DNA of 64,000 bases from Eledone cirrhosa. Taxonomy: Eukaryota. The notes below the pieces were generated by a model, which searched no databases, had not been told where the DNA came from, and was given only the letters and a program-made list of their open reading frames with translations. Shown here in pieces: positions 1 to 16,131 of this stretch (positions are counted from its first letter, which is position 1; each line of letters starts with the position of its first letter). The position numbers and the translations under genes were made by a program. Location: positions 5,270,001 to 5,334,000 of the forward strand of contig OZ024754.1 in the NCBI GenBank assembly GCA_964016885.1, given 5' to 3'.

Positions 1-527
1 TGCTTGTGCTCCTGCAAAAAACAAAGAAATCGTCAAATATTGTCGACGAATATCTATTCAATTTTGATAAAATGGTTTATGAACAAGAATGTTCCAGTCT
101 CGACAGGCCCAGCCTTTTGTGTTCCTGGGAGGATATTGTCCGAGGTTTGTCCATTTAGAATTTGTAATTGTTTTAGATGAGCAAACCTGTGTTTGCTGTA
201 TAGTTTCCCTTGCTGCAAAATCTCATTTTGCATTCAATAGGTTTATATAATTTACTGCCCGCATGAGAAATATCTTTAGATAATTGTTGGTATAGTCGTG
301 TGGTTAAGAAGTTGGTTCACAACCATTTGGATTCGGGTTCAATCTGAAACAGTTACACTTAGGACAAATGATAACTTCTGGAGCGTCGGGTTGAACAAGG
401 CCTCAAACATGAAATCTGTAAGAGAGAACATATTTAGACACCTGTATATAAGTATTAATTGCGTCCGTAGGCGGTATTTCGGAGGAACACTCGATGCTGT
501 TCATGAGCATATATATATATATATATA

Positions 528-786
<259 letters not shown>

Positions 787-917
787 AGAGAGAGAGAGAA
801 AGGAAATATCAGTTGAGGGGAGGAAAAGGAAGATGTGCTTATGATGTCGACTATGATGAACATGATAGGGATTATGGCGATGATGATGACGATGACTATG
901 ATATATATATCTGTATA

Positions 918-972
<55 letters not shown>

Positions 973-1100
973 TAAATGGAAAAATGTTTTGTGTAAAATA
1001 AATAAACCAAATGCAAATACAACAAACACATAAGTTTGGTAAGTTCTGTAAACAACAGCAGAACGACCAGTAAAATATATATAAACATACAAGTTTATAT

Positions 1101-1192
<92 letters not shown>

Positions 1193-3056
1193 ATAGATAT
1201 GCAACCAATAGAAATGATCGTATTTTGGAAGAGATGGGTAGTAAAATCTGAAGCTGAATTCTTGGTTATGGCTTACTAGTACCACTACCTCTCCACCCGA
1301 ACAATAAAATCCCCCAACCAAAAAAATGCCGAAAGATAACAAAATAGAATAGAACTATATAACTGCAGAATCATTGGACAGAATTTGCAGCATAAAATAA
1401 ACAAAAAAAACAAAAAAGGAAGAAAGAAAGAAGAAGCGGGTAATGTACAACCTCCTATTTGGCTGTCATTTTTACCTTCGATGGAATATATTCACGGTCA
1501 TGTCTGAGTAACTGGAACTGGTTATATTCACCAACCGATATATCGAGGTTTTTGAAATAAGAAAGGAATATACGATAATATATAATATATATAAACAGCA
1601 TTTCCATATGAAAAACATGTTACATCTACTAAAACTCTAAGACATGTCTGTATCGCGTGATTATGAATACAATGTGTGTTCCGTATTGTTCTTTTTATAT
1701 ATATTATTTTTTCCTAAGATTGTAGGGAACACAGTTTATCGTATGACTGTAGGGAAATGAGTTTTACTAGCGAAACTACTGCAAGGAATGAAACTGAATA
1801 TCTACCTAAATATGAGAACCTTCAGGTGGAAGTAAAATATAGCAAGAAGTGGGCAGAGAAAAAATAATTCATTGATTGACTGTATGTAAAAATATGCAAA
1901 TAAAAGTAACAAGACTTATACGACATTGCAGTATTGCACAAACACCGACAGAAAACACCTGCATGTAATAACAGATGCACAATATTATATTGCAAGGAAT
2001 GAATGCAATAAAGTAATACACAATATTATTTTACAATAACAGATTCTCGTTGAAAGTGTCCCGCAAAACAAATAACTGAAGCCCAGAAAAGATAATGAAG
2101 CGTTTATAACATTTTGTATTAGCAACAACTTAGTGTGAAACATGGAGTAACACTATCTTGTATGTATCATGAAAGCTTCATGGTTGTAGAAAGAACAATG
2201 GGGGAAAACTACAGATAACTGTTTAACATCTTAGAAATAACTGCGATAAAATATGTTGTTAAACACAGAGTTAACTACAGAATAGAAAGTACTTAATGCT
2301 TAACATATTTGTAGAGATAAATTGTATGTAACTGATATTTACATTTTGGTCTACCTGTGTTGATCTTTCTTATCGGAGTGTCCTGTTAGAATAAAACACA
2401 TATGTTTATATATACCCATCGAAATCAACAGAAGGCCGGACTGAGAACTTTATAGTTTTACTTCCGCAAAAACTCTATATGTATATTTCAATAGTCCAGC
2501 TTCATCATTCAAATATAATGCAAGGCACAGGCGATTTCATCGGGTGTTGTTTGCAGAATTAGTTATATAAGAGAGCAGGATTTGGGTGAACAGAAACAGA
2601 GAATAGAAAATACAAAATATATCATCAATTGTGATACGAGGATGCCCTGCCGATTCCGTGTTATTATAACGGCAGGCCATCCCCCGAGTGAGCACAAGGA
2701 AAATTAAATAACAGATAACATGGATGGTAGATTATTGTATCGACCCCGGGAGAATGAATTGTAAATTTGTCCTCAAGGATATTTGAACTCAGAACGAAAT
2801 GCCACAATCTAAACAGTAATAAAACAACAATATAGATGACGAGTTAAATATGTAATCGATATAAAAACATAAAATCAATAATGATATTTAATACTCGTGT
2901 TTCCATCCTCATTTTAGCGTTAATCGTTATATTTACTGACGTAAAAATTAATGCAAAGAATTAATGCGATAATACATAACTAATGACCGGTTAGATATCC
3001 TTTCGAATAAACACACGCACAAACATACACATGTACGTAATATATATATATATATA

Positions 3057-3228
<172 letters not shown>

Positions 3229-3385
3229 TATATATATATATATATGTCTACATATATAATTATACATGCATATATATATATATATATGTCTACATATATA
3301 ATTATACATGCATATATTTATATATATATCCGAATATAGATATATATATATATATCCGAATATAGATATATATATCCGAATATAT

Positions 3386-3736
<351 letters not shown>

Positions 3737-3745
3737 TATATTCAG

Positions 3746-3850
<105 letters not shown>

Positions 3851-4244
3851 CAAAATTAAGATAAATTAAATTAAATTAAATTAAATTAAATTAAATTAAA
3901 TTAAATTAAATTAAGGGTGTCATGCCGGATAGACATGCGCCATATCACCCGTAAAATATGCTCCAAGATTCTAATGAATAGATCTGAGCATTTTATATAT
4001 ATACACATATTAGACTGAGGTGTTAATCCGTGCGTATTTCTGTGTTCTTTTGTGGAGATGTATATACTGTATATACAAACAATGACCTAGGAAGGCATGT
4101 TTATAATCATTGATCAGCTTCATAAAATATTTGATATAACAACAAATCAATCACTCTATGCTATTAACAAAACATTCAGGTGACTAAATAAATATTGCTA
4201 CGTGCCGATACAAATCTTGTGTCATTTTTTATACTTCTTTTCTT

Positions 4245-5015
4245 CCCCTCTCTCTCTCACCCTCTCTATGTCTCTCTCTCTCCTTCTCCTCCTCTCTGTG
4301 TCCCTCTCTCTCTCGTTCTTCTCTCTCTCCCTCTCTCTGTCTCTCTGTGTCTCTCTCTCCTTCTCCCTCTCTCTATCTCTCTCTCTCCTTCTCCCCCTCT
4401 CAGTCTCTATGTCTCTCTCTTCTCTCTCCCGCTCTGTCTTTCTGTCTCTTTCTCTCTCTCTCTCTGTCTCTCTCTCTCTCGTTCTCCTCCTCTCTGTCTC
4501 TCTCCCTCCCTCTCTCTCATTCTATGTGTCTCTCTCGTTCTCCTCCTCTCTCTGTATATCTGTGTCTCTCTCTCGTTCTTGTCTCTCCCTCTCTCTCAGT
4601 CTCTATGTCTCTCTCTCGTTATCTACCTCTCTCAGTCTCTCTCTCGTTCTCCTCCTCTCTATTTATATATATATATCTCTCATTCCCCCCTCTCCCCATC
4701 ACTGCCTACCCCTATCTCTCTCGCCCCCCCCCCCTCTACTTATCTCTCTCTCTCGCGTTCTCCCCCTCTGTAATTCTCTCTCTCCGGCGTTCCCCTCTCT
4801 ACTTCTCTCTCTCTCGTTCTCCCCCTCTCTACTTCTGTCTCTCTCTCGTTCTCCCCCTCTCTACTTCTCTCTCTCTCGTTCTCCCCCTCTCTGTCTCTCT
4901 CTCGTTCTCCCCATCTTTGTCTCTCTCTCGTTCTCCCCCTCTCTACTTCTCTGCCTCTCTCGCTCTCCCCCTCTCTACTTCTATCTCCCTCCCCCTCCTC
5001 CTCCTCCTCCTCCTT
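4245..5015. repeat. Degenerate (CT)n / CT-rich minisatellite
   Basis: Continuous pyrimidine tract with recurring ctctctcgttctccccctct units. Confidence 0.9.
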
Positions 5016-5886
5016 TACTCAATATATATCCATCTCCACCATACCTCTTCCTTCATCTCTCACCCAAAACGATCTTAAGATGTTTTTTCTTAATGTTATC
5101 ATAGTGTAGATTACAATTTTCTTCTGAGACATAAGTACACACATTCATGCATACATACATACACACATACATATATACGTATGTACATTTATACATACAT
5201 ACATTTCATGCATACATATATATCTACATAAGTACATCCGTACATACATAAGTACGTACATACATACGTACATACATACATATATACATACTTACATACG
5301 TACATAAATGTATTCATTCATACATATATTCATACATACATACGTACGTGCATACATACATGCGTACATATATACATACATACATTCATTCATAGATATA
5401 TCCACACATACATATGTATATACATATATACATACGTACTTAGGTACATACATACGTACGTACATTTATACATACATACATTCATCCATACTATATACAT
5501 ATATACATTCATAAATATAATTAAACAAGATTTATATACATTCTTATATTCACACGTATGTACACACACACACATACACACACACTCACACACACATACA
5601 CACACACACATACACACACACACACACACAAATCATGTTTTATCTTATGAAGACGTACTGAAAAAAAAAAACAGTACCTTTGAAATATATATAATAAAGC
5701 ATATATTTGGAGTATGTGAATATCTTTCATTTGTTAATATTTTGAATAATATTAAAAACTCCAGGAAAACTCCACTGTTGAGTGCTTTTAATCTATTGTA
5801 AAATTATATTCATTGAGTAATTAACGAACCATATTAATCTTTGGTCATATATATATATGTCGTCATTGAACTATATATCACAGCAT

Positions 5887-6070
5887 TTGGCAGTATCGGT
5901 AGAGGGTCGGACGCCATGCTTTCCAGCATAGTTACGTCCCTTTATGGTCTGAGTTCAAATCCCGCCGAGGTTGACTTTGCCTTTCATCCTTACGGGGTCG
6001 ATAAAATAAAGTACCAGTAATGTACTGGGTAATTGCTGGCCTTGTGCCTAAAGTAGAAACAATTATTATT
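5887..6070 (+). mobile_element. tRNA-derived SINE family A (octopus-type)
   Basis: A-box-like TGGCAGTATCGG, B-box GAGTTCAAATCC, conserved GCCTTTCATCCTTACGGGGTCGATAAAATAAAGTACCAG body, ATT tail; more than 10 copies in the window. Confidence 0.9.
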
Positions 6071-6188
6071 AAAGGACTTGAACATCTGAAACTACTTCGC
6101 TTTTACTTATTCGATATTTACTCCGTCACTCCTATGTGGAAAAAGTACGTTGAGTGCTTGAATTGAATTGCATCAATATTTACCCTAA

Positions 6189-6229
<41 letters not shown>

Positions 6230-6631
6230 CGTGTGTGTATGTGTGTATGGTTTACACAATGTATTCTTTCTCTCTTTTGCTTGGTTATTCAATATTATAG
6301 TTTACTTTAAGTCCTTCTAATATGAATGAAGCTGTTGTCGTTAATCTGTGATTAATTATGTCAATAATATTAAATACTTGAATATCTAATTAATTGAGGC
6401 CATTTGTAACTTAGATCATAATTTTCCTCTATATTAATTACATAATTAGAGTATCTGATTATAATGTTTATATATAAACACCTTCAAATACTGCAGCAGT
6501 CAATTTTGTCTTTTATCCTTTCCACGGTCGATAAAAGTACCTGTTATATACTAAGGTTGTTTGAATCAACTTTATTCTTTCACAATATTGTATTGCCATT
6601 GTAACTCAGTTAGAAATTAGTAATTATATCT

Positions 6632-6810
6632 ACATGTGGATGGAGTTCGGAGAGGGCGATCCAAAATGAACTGGCGCCAGACAGTTGAGAGGGACCTGCG
6701 AGCGACAAACAGACAATGGCGGGACGCTGTGCAGCTGGCTGCTGACCGAACGCGGTGGAACACTACGATTGCCTCATGCGTCGCAAGACGCGGGAGCTTC
6801 TGAGTCTGAG
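6632..6810 (+). mobile_element. RTE-like LINE 3' end
   Basis: Encodes a GVRRGRSKMNWRQTVERDL...AADRTRW-type C-terminus, ending in a CTGAGT-CTGAGT short repeat tail. Confidence 0.65.
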
Positions 6811-7040
6811 TGGATGGAGTTCCACTGAAGCAGGTAGAGAAGTTCAAGTATCTTGGGGTCGTATTCCCGAGTAATGGAAGGCAGGAGGCTGATTTAAGTG
6901 CAAGAATTGTAAAATCTGGTGCAGTAATGCCCCAGCTGCAGCATTCAGTAATCAGAAGAAGGTAGGTAGATGTAAAAGCCAAAATCGCTATCTCCCATTC
7001 GGTTTTCGTGCCAACCCTTACCTATGGTCATAAATCTTAA
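6811..7040 (+). mobile_element. RTE-like LINE internal fragment (post-RT region), decayed
   Basis: Translates as DGVPLKQVEKFKYLGVVF...VFVPTLTYG with an in-frame stop. Confidence 0.7.
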
Positions 7041-7043
7041 CTA

Positions 7044-7221
7044 TAATTGTTTCTATTTTTGGCACAAGGCCAGCAACTACCCAGTGCATTACTGGTACTT
7101 TATTTTATCGACCCCGTAAGGATGAAAGGCAAAGTCAACCTCGGCGGGATTTGAACTCAGATCGTAAAGGGACGTAACTATGCTGGAAAGCATGGCGTCC
7201 GACCCTCTACCGATACTGCCA
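7044..7221 (-). mobile_element. SINE family A
   Basis: Reverse complement of the 5887-6070 sequence. Confidence 0.9.
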
Positions 7222-7295
7222 GTCCAATAAATAATGAATGAATATTACATAATTTATGTGCTAAATTTCGTGGCTGCTATTATTGTTGTCACCGA

Positions 7296-7490
7296 AGGCG
7301 GTGGATTGGCAGTATCAGTCGAGGGTCGGACGCCATGCTTTGAAGCATAGAGTTACGGCCCTTGTCATTCTGAGTTCAAATCCCGTCGAGGTTAACTTTG
7401 CCTTTCATCCTTACGGGGGTCGATAAAATAAAGTACCAGTAATGTACTGGGATAATTGCTGGCCTTGTGCCAAAAGTAGAAACAATTATT
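7296..7490 (+). mobile_element. Full-length SINE family A with 17-bp TSD
   Basis: TSD ATTATTGTTGTCACCGA at 7279-7295 and 7485-7501. Confidence 0.9.
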
Positions 7491-7594
7491 GTTGTCACCG
7501 ATGCTGTTGTTGTTGGTGTCGTTGTTGTTGTCGTTGCTGCTGTTGTTATTGTAATAGTTAATGTAGGAGCTAATGTTATTGTTGTCACAGTTGC

Positions 7595-8105
7595 TGTTGT
7601 CGTTGTTATAGTAAGCTCTCATATTTGATATCCTTGCTGTTGTTGTTGTTGTCGCCGTTGCTATAGTAGGCTCTCATATTCGATATCCTTGCTGTTGTTG
7701 TTGTTGTCACCGTTGCTGTTGTTGTTGTTGTCGTTGCTACAGTAGGCTCTCATATTTGATATCCTTGCTGTTGTTGTTGTTGTCACCGTTGCTGTTGTCG
7801 TTGTTGTCACCGTTGCTGTTGTTGTTGTTGTCGTTGCTATAGTAGGCTCTCATATTCGATATCCTTGCTGCTGTTGTTGTCACCGTTGCTGTTGTTGTTG
7901 TTGTCGTTGCTACAGTAGGCTCTCATATTCGATATCCTTGCTGTTGTTGTTGTTGTCACCGTTGCTGTTGTCGTTGTTGTTACCGTTGCTGTTGTTGTTG
8001 TTGTCACCGTTGCTGTTGTTGTTGTTGTCGTTGCTATAGTAGGCTCTCATATTCGATATCCTTGCTGCTGTTGTTGTCACCGTTGCTGTTGTTGCTGTCG
8101 TTGCT
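7595..8105. repeat. Composite minisatellite: constant core TAGGCTCTCATATTCGATATCCTTGCTG separated by variable (GTT)n/GTCACC blocks
   Basis: About 6 copies of the core with variable-length GTT spacers. Confidence 0.85.
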
Positions 8106-8381
8106 GTTATTGACGTCATTCGCCTCGTTGTTTGTTGTTGTTTACCTTCTAACATTGTTTATGTGAAGTGGTCCTATTTACTCCATCTCTGTTTGGTCCT
8201 CCTCTTGGCTAAACTGATTCGTTTGTTGTTTGGTGTTGTCACGAACAACAAATGTCTTTTCCACCATCTTGACTCCCGTATTTACACATCTGACATTTTC
8301 ATTGAAACTACAAATATTATTACAATTTTATTTAATGCCGTACGCTTCTGTATGGCTGTATATATATATATAATATATATA

Positions 8382-8419
<38 letters not shown>

Positions 8420-8473
8420 TATATATTATATATATATATATATATAATATATATATATATATTATATATATAT

Positions 8474-8603
<130 letters not shown>

Positions 8604-8635
8604 TATATATTATATATATATATATATAATATATA

Positions 8636-8666
<31 letters not shown>

Positions 8667-9221
8667 AACATATATATATATATATATATATACATATTTA
8701 CACATATACATATCTGTACAAATATACATATCTATATGGAATATATATTTATATATATTTATATACATATATGTGTGTGTGTGTGTATGTGTGTGTGTAC
8801 ATATATATGTATGTGTGTGTGTGTGTGCGTCAGTACAAGTATGTGTGTGATGTATACAATATACAAATATTTAAATACAACATTTTTGCGATATACATTT
8901 ATCTTATTTTATTTTTAGATATATTCCTGGCATCTTGTATTTACCTTGTTCCGCCTCTTTCGTTCTGTTGTTTTTTTTTTTGTGTTTTAATTTTTTCATC
9001 ACTGTTATTACTGTGGGTTATATCGTTACAGACAGTTTGGTTGTCGTTGTTTTTGTTATTATAATTGTTATTGTTGTTGTTTTGATTTTTAGTGTCTGTA
9101 TCCTTTCCATACTGTTGCTAAATTTCAGTATGAAAGCGAATAAGAAATAGCCCCCACAATGCGGGTCTGTTGATGATAGGCCATAACTCAATGAAAGCCT
9201 CCCGTGATGTATATGACATCT

Positions 9222-9264
<43 letters not shown>

Positions 9265-9773
9265 CGACGACAACGACAGCAAAGTGATTATTTATTTATT
9301 TATTCCTTAAATTTGCCAGCAGCTGCAGAAGTTTCAGAAGACATATTGATGCTTGCAGTAGTAATACTGCTCTCGCTTACACTTCATCTTTGATTATATA
9401 CATTTTATTTTCATTATTATTATTATTATAGGAATATAAAGCTGTGATATTTGTATGTTTGCGTCTCTTTACACTCTAACTTCATTTCGAATTTAATTTA
9501 AAATTTTTTAAGAATACTATCAATGAGTGTATGTGTAGCTGTATATTGTCATTTCCATTTTTGTGTGTGAGTATGATGAAGTTTATGCAATAACCTTACA
9601 TTTGAAAGTGTATTAGGGTATTGGGGTATGTTACAACTGGATTTGACGTCATCACAGTACCATATTTGCATACGCTGAGACAGAATTTCTTTTATATCGA
9701 AAATTCACGCATAGCTCGTCATTCTATACATGGAAATCCCGTTTTATTTCCTAGAATATTATATCCGATAGAA

Positions 9774-9908
<135 letters not shown>

Positions 9909-9912
9909 GAGA

Positions 9913-10031
9913 GAAGTGTGGTAAGGAACCAGGTGGACAATAACGCACCAGAGTACTCGATACTTAGTAGAGCAGTAGAGTGGGTAATAGGAAAAGAGTC
10001 AGGACCCCCGGGGTCCTGACTCTTTTCCTAT
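9913..10031. mobile_element. PLE-type terminal fragment ending in a perfect 22-bp palindrome
   Basis: Homologous to 530-666. Arms 9987-10008 and 10010-10031 surround a single C. Flanked by (GA)n and (TA)n. Confidence 0.65.
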
Positions 10032-10304
10032 ATATATATATATAGGAACGATCGACTTTCGTCAAATCGGACCGAGGAAACAATGTTTCCATTGGTCTTT
10101 CCAATTGCTAATACAAACTATCGTGGTCTAAGTAGGCTACAGAGCTGTTTAATTAGAAAGTGAACATATCTTTTAGCTATAACATCTCTGTCTGACGACC
10201 GATCCAGGCGTATATATCATTATCGTCTGTGATCAAGAAACCTTTGGTAATGGAAAAGTTATATTTTGTGTTGTTCACTTGTTCACTTTCTAATTAAAAA
10301 AAAG

Positions 10305-10375
<71 letters not shown>

Positions 10376-10892
10376 AAAGTATTTAATCCTGTTAAAGGAA
10401 GTTGGGTGGTTTCTGAAAAAAATATTCTGTCTGCAAATATCTTTAGGTCGTTCAACTACACGAAGACTTCCTTGAAACCATATTAACATGGCATTGTTGA
10501 AAATTAAACTAACAGGTATATGACTACATCACATTCAAATATCTAAAGTTTTTTTTTCTTTCTTTAGTTTACTGTAGATTCTGAAGAGGATTTATCCAGG
10601 ATAAACATTAAAATTAACAAACTCCTTACATGATGTGAAGAGTCAAATAATTTCAGTTTCCACTTTATGTAAGATTTTGTATGAATACAAACATGTGTTT
10701 ACATATTAATCTTCGATAAACCAACAGCGAATTTGATGTAAATGTAAAATATAATTAAATACATTAATAAATTATTATTTATAATTTTCATCTGTAATCA
10801 ATTCTACTTAATCTAGTAATGCAAGTATTAGTTATAAGAAACAAAAAACTCTAATTATTAACACCTCCGTATATATAACGATATATATATAT

Positions 10893-11179
10893 CGCGCGGT
10901 TAAACCACTGGGAGTGAAGGCCCCCTAGACTTTGTCAAGGCATTCTTCTAGGAGAAGGCAACTCAGTAAACTAGGATAACTCCGACATAAAACCTGCAGT
11001 TCAGTAGTTACCAATGATGTTGATTTTTTCTTCTTTTCGCTAAGAGATTGGGATTGGCTCAGTGCACAGTCTTTCCTCACTTTAAAAAATATCTTCACGC
11101 ACGGGCATTGCACGATAGAATTAATTAATAATTATTAATGGTATATCCTGCAATGGCCATACTCGATAACGAGGGGGCA

Positions 11180-11187
<8 letters not shown>
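10893..11187 (+). mobile_element. Possible non-autonomous RTE-related short element
   Basis: Unique sequence between TA tracts. The CTAGGAGAAGGCAACTC motif and the 3' GGCCATACTCGATAACGAGGGGGCAGCCATCAT resemble RTE 5'/3' UTR motifs (recognition from memory). Confidence 0.35.
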
Positions 11188-11229
<42 letters not shown>

Positions 11230-11463
11230 GTTGAAAAACACATATATATGACAAAATATAAACAAATATATTGACGCATTTAAGATGTATGTGTGTAGAT
11301 GTGTATGTGTGTGTGCGCGTGAGAGAGAGAGAGAGAGATGGAGAGAAAGAGAGTATGTGTGTATGTGTGTGTGTGTGTACAAGAAAGTATGTCTACTCTT
11401 GATCTAAAACAATTTCGGGAGCTATAATTGGGTTTATGATTCATATCGTCCATGCCGCGTTAC

Positions 11464-11600
<137 letters not shown>

Positions 11601-11661
11601 TGATTCATTTATTTATATTTATATGTATATAAATACATAAGTGTGTGCATGTCTCTCTATT

Positions 11662-11723
<62 letters not shown>

Positions 11724-11888
11724 TCTCTCTCCCTCACTCTAGCTCTCTATCCCTCTATCTCTTTCTCTCCCTGCATGTTGGTAAACAATATGACACGCAA
11801 ACACACAGCTATATATTAAAATGGGATGATATAAATATAGCAATTTGCTCTGGGTGCTGGCCCGGCTGTTTGTGTACGTGCGTTTGTA

Positions 11889-11940
<52 letters not shown>

Positions 11941-12622
11941 GCAATTTACACCAAATACATTAGAAGTTATATATTCTGAAATATCCATATATCTTACATG
12001 AAATAACTCATTTCGTACATAAATCCCTCCCAATTCCACCTTGTTACCCATCGCTAAAGAACCACAGTATCTGATTGTTTTCCTACATTCAACATCAATC
12101 TTTCAGCCTCTTTCTTAGTGCCATAACACTGATTATGTCCTCTAATTTAACCGTAGTCTCGCCATCCCTTTTCTGAATCTTTCCCTTACCCTAACTTTGG
12201 TATATAACTCCTTAATTCAAACCAGTCCCCTATTATTCTGGCCATACCAAATTTATTTTTATTTTTTTTATTTTTCTGTGCTTGCTTTAGCCTTTTTCGT
12301 TGTTATTATTTTTGTTCTCGCGTTCATGTATGTATGCTTGTTTGGTTGTGTGTTTGTTTTGCGTTGTTTGTGTATGTATGCATGTTGGCATTGCTTTCCT
12401 AATTGCAGCCCCCCGTCGCGTCGCTCTGGCCTTTATTCAGAAATACCCCGCCCTTTTCTGTTGACATAACAAGACGACAAAGCAATGTTCAGCAAAGTGG
12501 AAAGTTGATTTTTCTTAAATGCACACGATTATATGTGACCTTGATAAACGGCTGCAAATCTTAAAAAAAAGGACGCTTTCACTTCTGTGTGTATAGAAAA
12601 AATATCAAGCCTCACACCTTCC

Positions 12623-12771
<149 letters not shown>

Positions 12772-12825
12772 TATATATACACATATATATATATATATAT
12801 ATATAATATATTATATGTATATAAA

Positions 12826-12865
<40 letters not shown>

Positions 12866-12955
12866 CATACATAATATATATCTATATATCTATATCTATC
12901 TATCTATATATATATATGTATATATGTATATACATACATAATATATATCTATATA

Positions 12956-12997
<42 letters not shown>

Positions 12998-13466
12998 CAT
13001 AATATATATCTATATGTGTACACGAATATATGTGTGTTTGTGAATTACACAGACGAAAACACAGACTAGGAAGCCCGACCTTAAATATAAAATGTATCAG
13101 GTCAAGGCGAATAAAAAAAAAATTAAAAAATATACGAAAGAAGAAAACGCAAGGAAAAGAAGAAGAAAAAGTATTAAAAATATTAAAAGTATATCGAAAA
13201 AAAATGGCAGTAAAATCTAATTCTTCATAGGGCTAAATGTTATTTTCTGTTTTTTCTTTGTTTATAGTGTCTGCCAGTGTTGTAATAAAACAAACATACC
13301 CTCATCTGCCTACCCTGAAACATAACACAGTCTTCTACTTTAATTGGATGAATTATTCAGAGGTAGATTAGGGTGGCACAAGGCTTTAACATATTAATTC
13401 TGAGGTAGATCACAGTTTCTCGGTTCTGGACGACACATTCTATTCATCATCGCCTCCTAAATGGAC

Positions 13467-13534
<68 letters not shown>

Positions 13535-13643
13535 TGTATATATATATACATATATGTGTATATATATATATACATAAATGTATATATGTATATATATACA
13601 TATATATTCACACGTATGTGTATGTATACACACACATATACGC

Positions 13644-13682
<39 letters not shown>

Positions 13683-14259
13683 CATATATAACTTTGTTTT
13701 TTTTTATGCAATATATCCGTCACTATATTTTAAAATATATATTTCCTGCGAGAATGTTACAGAATGTCTAGAAATTAACTTCATTCATCTTAAAATACTA
13801 CATTTTGTTTTCTTTCTATATTTTTTATACTAAATTTATTCACATCATTTTTATTAATTTTTTTTTTCTTGGGATGGTGCTTGTCTCTTATTATTTATGT
13901 TGTTGTTTTTTCTCGGAGGGTCTACGATCATTTGCCCGTGTTTTTAGATCGCCTGGCCGGACTCGCTGTTGTCATATTTCGTTTTACGTTGCTAGAGTTC
14001 ACTCACCTTAAACGAAATATGAGTACCAGCATTGACAGCCGTCAGGAATTAAACATGAATTACACTAGCGTCTCTTCCAGGGGAGGTACCTTACGCCTTC
14101 TACAATCTTTAATACATACCCGGTCTGAGGAACTTCTTGGCTTGAGACAAACTTTAACCTTTCTCTAGTCGTTTTGCAGAAAGATGTAGCCATATTTTTG
14201 TTGATGTAGTTATTTTATTTTATCATGCCTATGTGCATGAAAACACGTAACTTAATTGT

Positions 14260-14365
14260 GTACTGTCCTTATCGAAAGATTGTGAGTTCAAATCCCGGCG
14301 ACGTGTTGTGGCTTTCAGGAATGCTATTCATTTCTCATTGCAACAATCCACTCAGCAGGGAAAAA
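14260..14365 (+). mobile_element. Decayed tRNA-derived SINE family B
   Basis: GTGAGTTCAAATCCCGG B box followed by a GTGTTGTG...CAATCCACTCAGC body similar to 48460-48600. Confidence 0.55.
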
Positions 14366-15790
14366 TTAAGTTTACCCATGTTTCGAGCTAGAACATAAAT
14401 TTTCACATTGAATCTCCCTGAGAATTGCGTTAAATATACAATGTAGATGAAATTACCCGCCATTACATTAATTTCACGCGCAGTTTATTCCAATTCCCGA
14501 ACAACAATTCTGCCAAGATGGCGAACGGCAGATTTTATCAGTAATGGTGAGACCAACGAAAACCAAGTGTCCTTATTCTTATCTAGAAATCGGCTCCCTT
14601 TCGTTTCCGCCTTTCCTCTCTTCGTCTTCTCTCTTAATCCCCCCATGTATTATAGCTGCTATTGTTTTTGTGTCGAAACTTGTGTCACGTCGTTTTAAAA
14701 TTTTTTGTCGTACATTTTTTTTCTTCTGTATAATTTGTGAGGAAACTGTATTTTAATGGTAGTACATTGATTGTTATATCCAAGTTGCTTCTGTTGTTGG
14801 GTCGAAGCAATTCTGTGGTTGCATTGAATATATTTGTGTTGTGTTGTATCTCATCATTATCAACGCGTTGTCGTTGAAATCACCATCATCATCGTCATCA
14901 TCCATCATAGCTGTATTTTATTTTGTTACTGTTGCATAAAATGTCCCTCGTCCTTGTATTCACATGAACAAGCAAATGTACTGAGCTTTGAGTATAATAT
15001 ATTTTAACCAAATTTGTATTAAAACTTTTTTTTACTATGCCATCAAGTACATTATCCTTGCAACTACATGTTTATGCATGTATAGTTGTGTATACGGTTG
15101 TGCATGTAGTATATGTATGTATATATATATATATATATATATATACACGGTAAACAATGAAGGCCACGTGTTATTATTTTTTACACTTTTCCTATGTTCT
15201 TTTACGCCCTCCTTTTACGCCACCTACGTCTCTTTCTACGCCTCCTCTAACATCTCTCTCTCATTACCACCTAATTCTGTTACTTGGAGATTTACCCATC
15301 TGCATTGTTGATACTTCGAAAACGACCATTTTTATTAGTTTTAGTATATATATAAAACCAATTGTTTATTCACATGACCTCTACCGACCAATCAAAATTG
15401 TTTTGACCACAAGAATTGTTGCTGGAGCCACTTTTTTAACATAAAAACAGTCTTCGCGCAAAATCAATTTTTTACACTCACATGACCTCTACCGACCAAT
15501 CAAAATTGTTTTGACCACAAGAAATTTTGCAACACCAAAGTAACGCTGGAGCCACTTTTTTAACATAAAAACAGGTAGAATTCCCAAAACTAATCAGATC
15601 AGAGCAAACAGCACGGACACTCTATCTCAAAATTATTTTTGAAAAGCATTTAGAAATGCGCAACCGGTAAAAACTTAAAAACTTAAAACCACAACTGAAT
15701 ACTAATCCATACAATCACTAATACTCTTTTATTCCTAATTAAACCATTTTTCAACTGTGAACAATTTGTCAGCATTTTCTATTCCGTTTA

Positions 15791-15857
<67 letters not shown>

Positions 15858-15862
<5 letters not shown>

Positions 15863-16131
15863 TGTAATAAGCAACATAAGATAATTATTTCATTTCACTA
15901 AGACAGGCGTGCCTAACGCAGACGTCTAACTTCAGGCGTCAGAATGGAAATTTATTTATTTACTTTTTATTATTTATTTTTTAAATAAATTTTCATTCTG
16001 ACGACCGAAGTCAGACGTCTGCGTCAGGCTCGTCTGTCTTCGTGAAACCTTATGTTAATTATTACATAACTAAAAAGCTCTGTAGCCTACATAGAGCACT
16101 CTCTTTTCCTTTACCTTTCCTACGGAAACAC

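Noticed and set aside
5887-5970. tRNA genes at SINE heads
   Set aside because: A/B boxes continue into SINE bodies, and no complete cloverleaf could be formed.
7595-8105. CRISPR-like repeat/spacer pattern
   Set aside because: Spacers are low-complexity GTT variants of each other.
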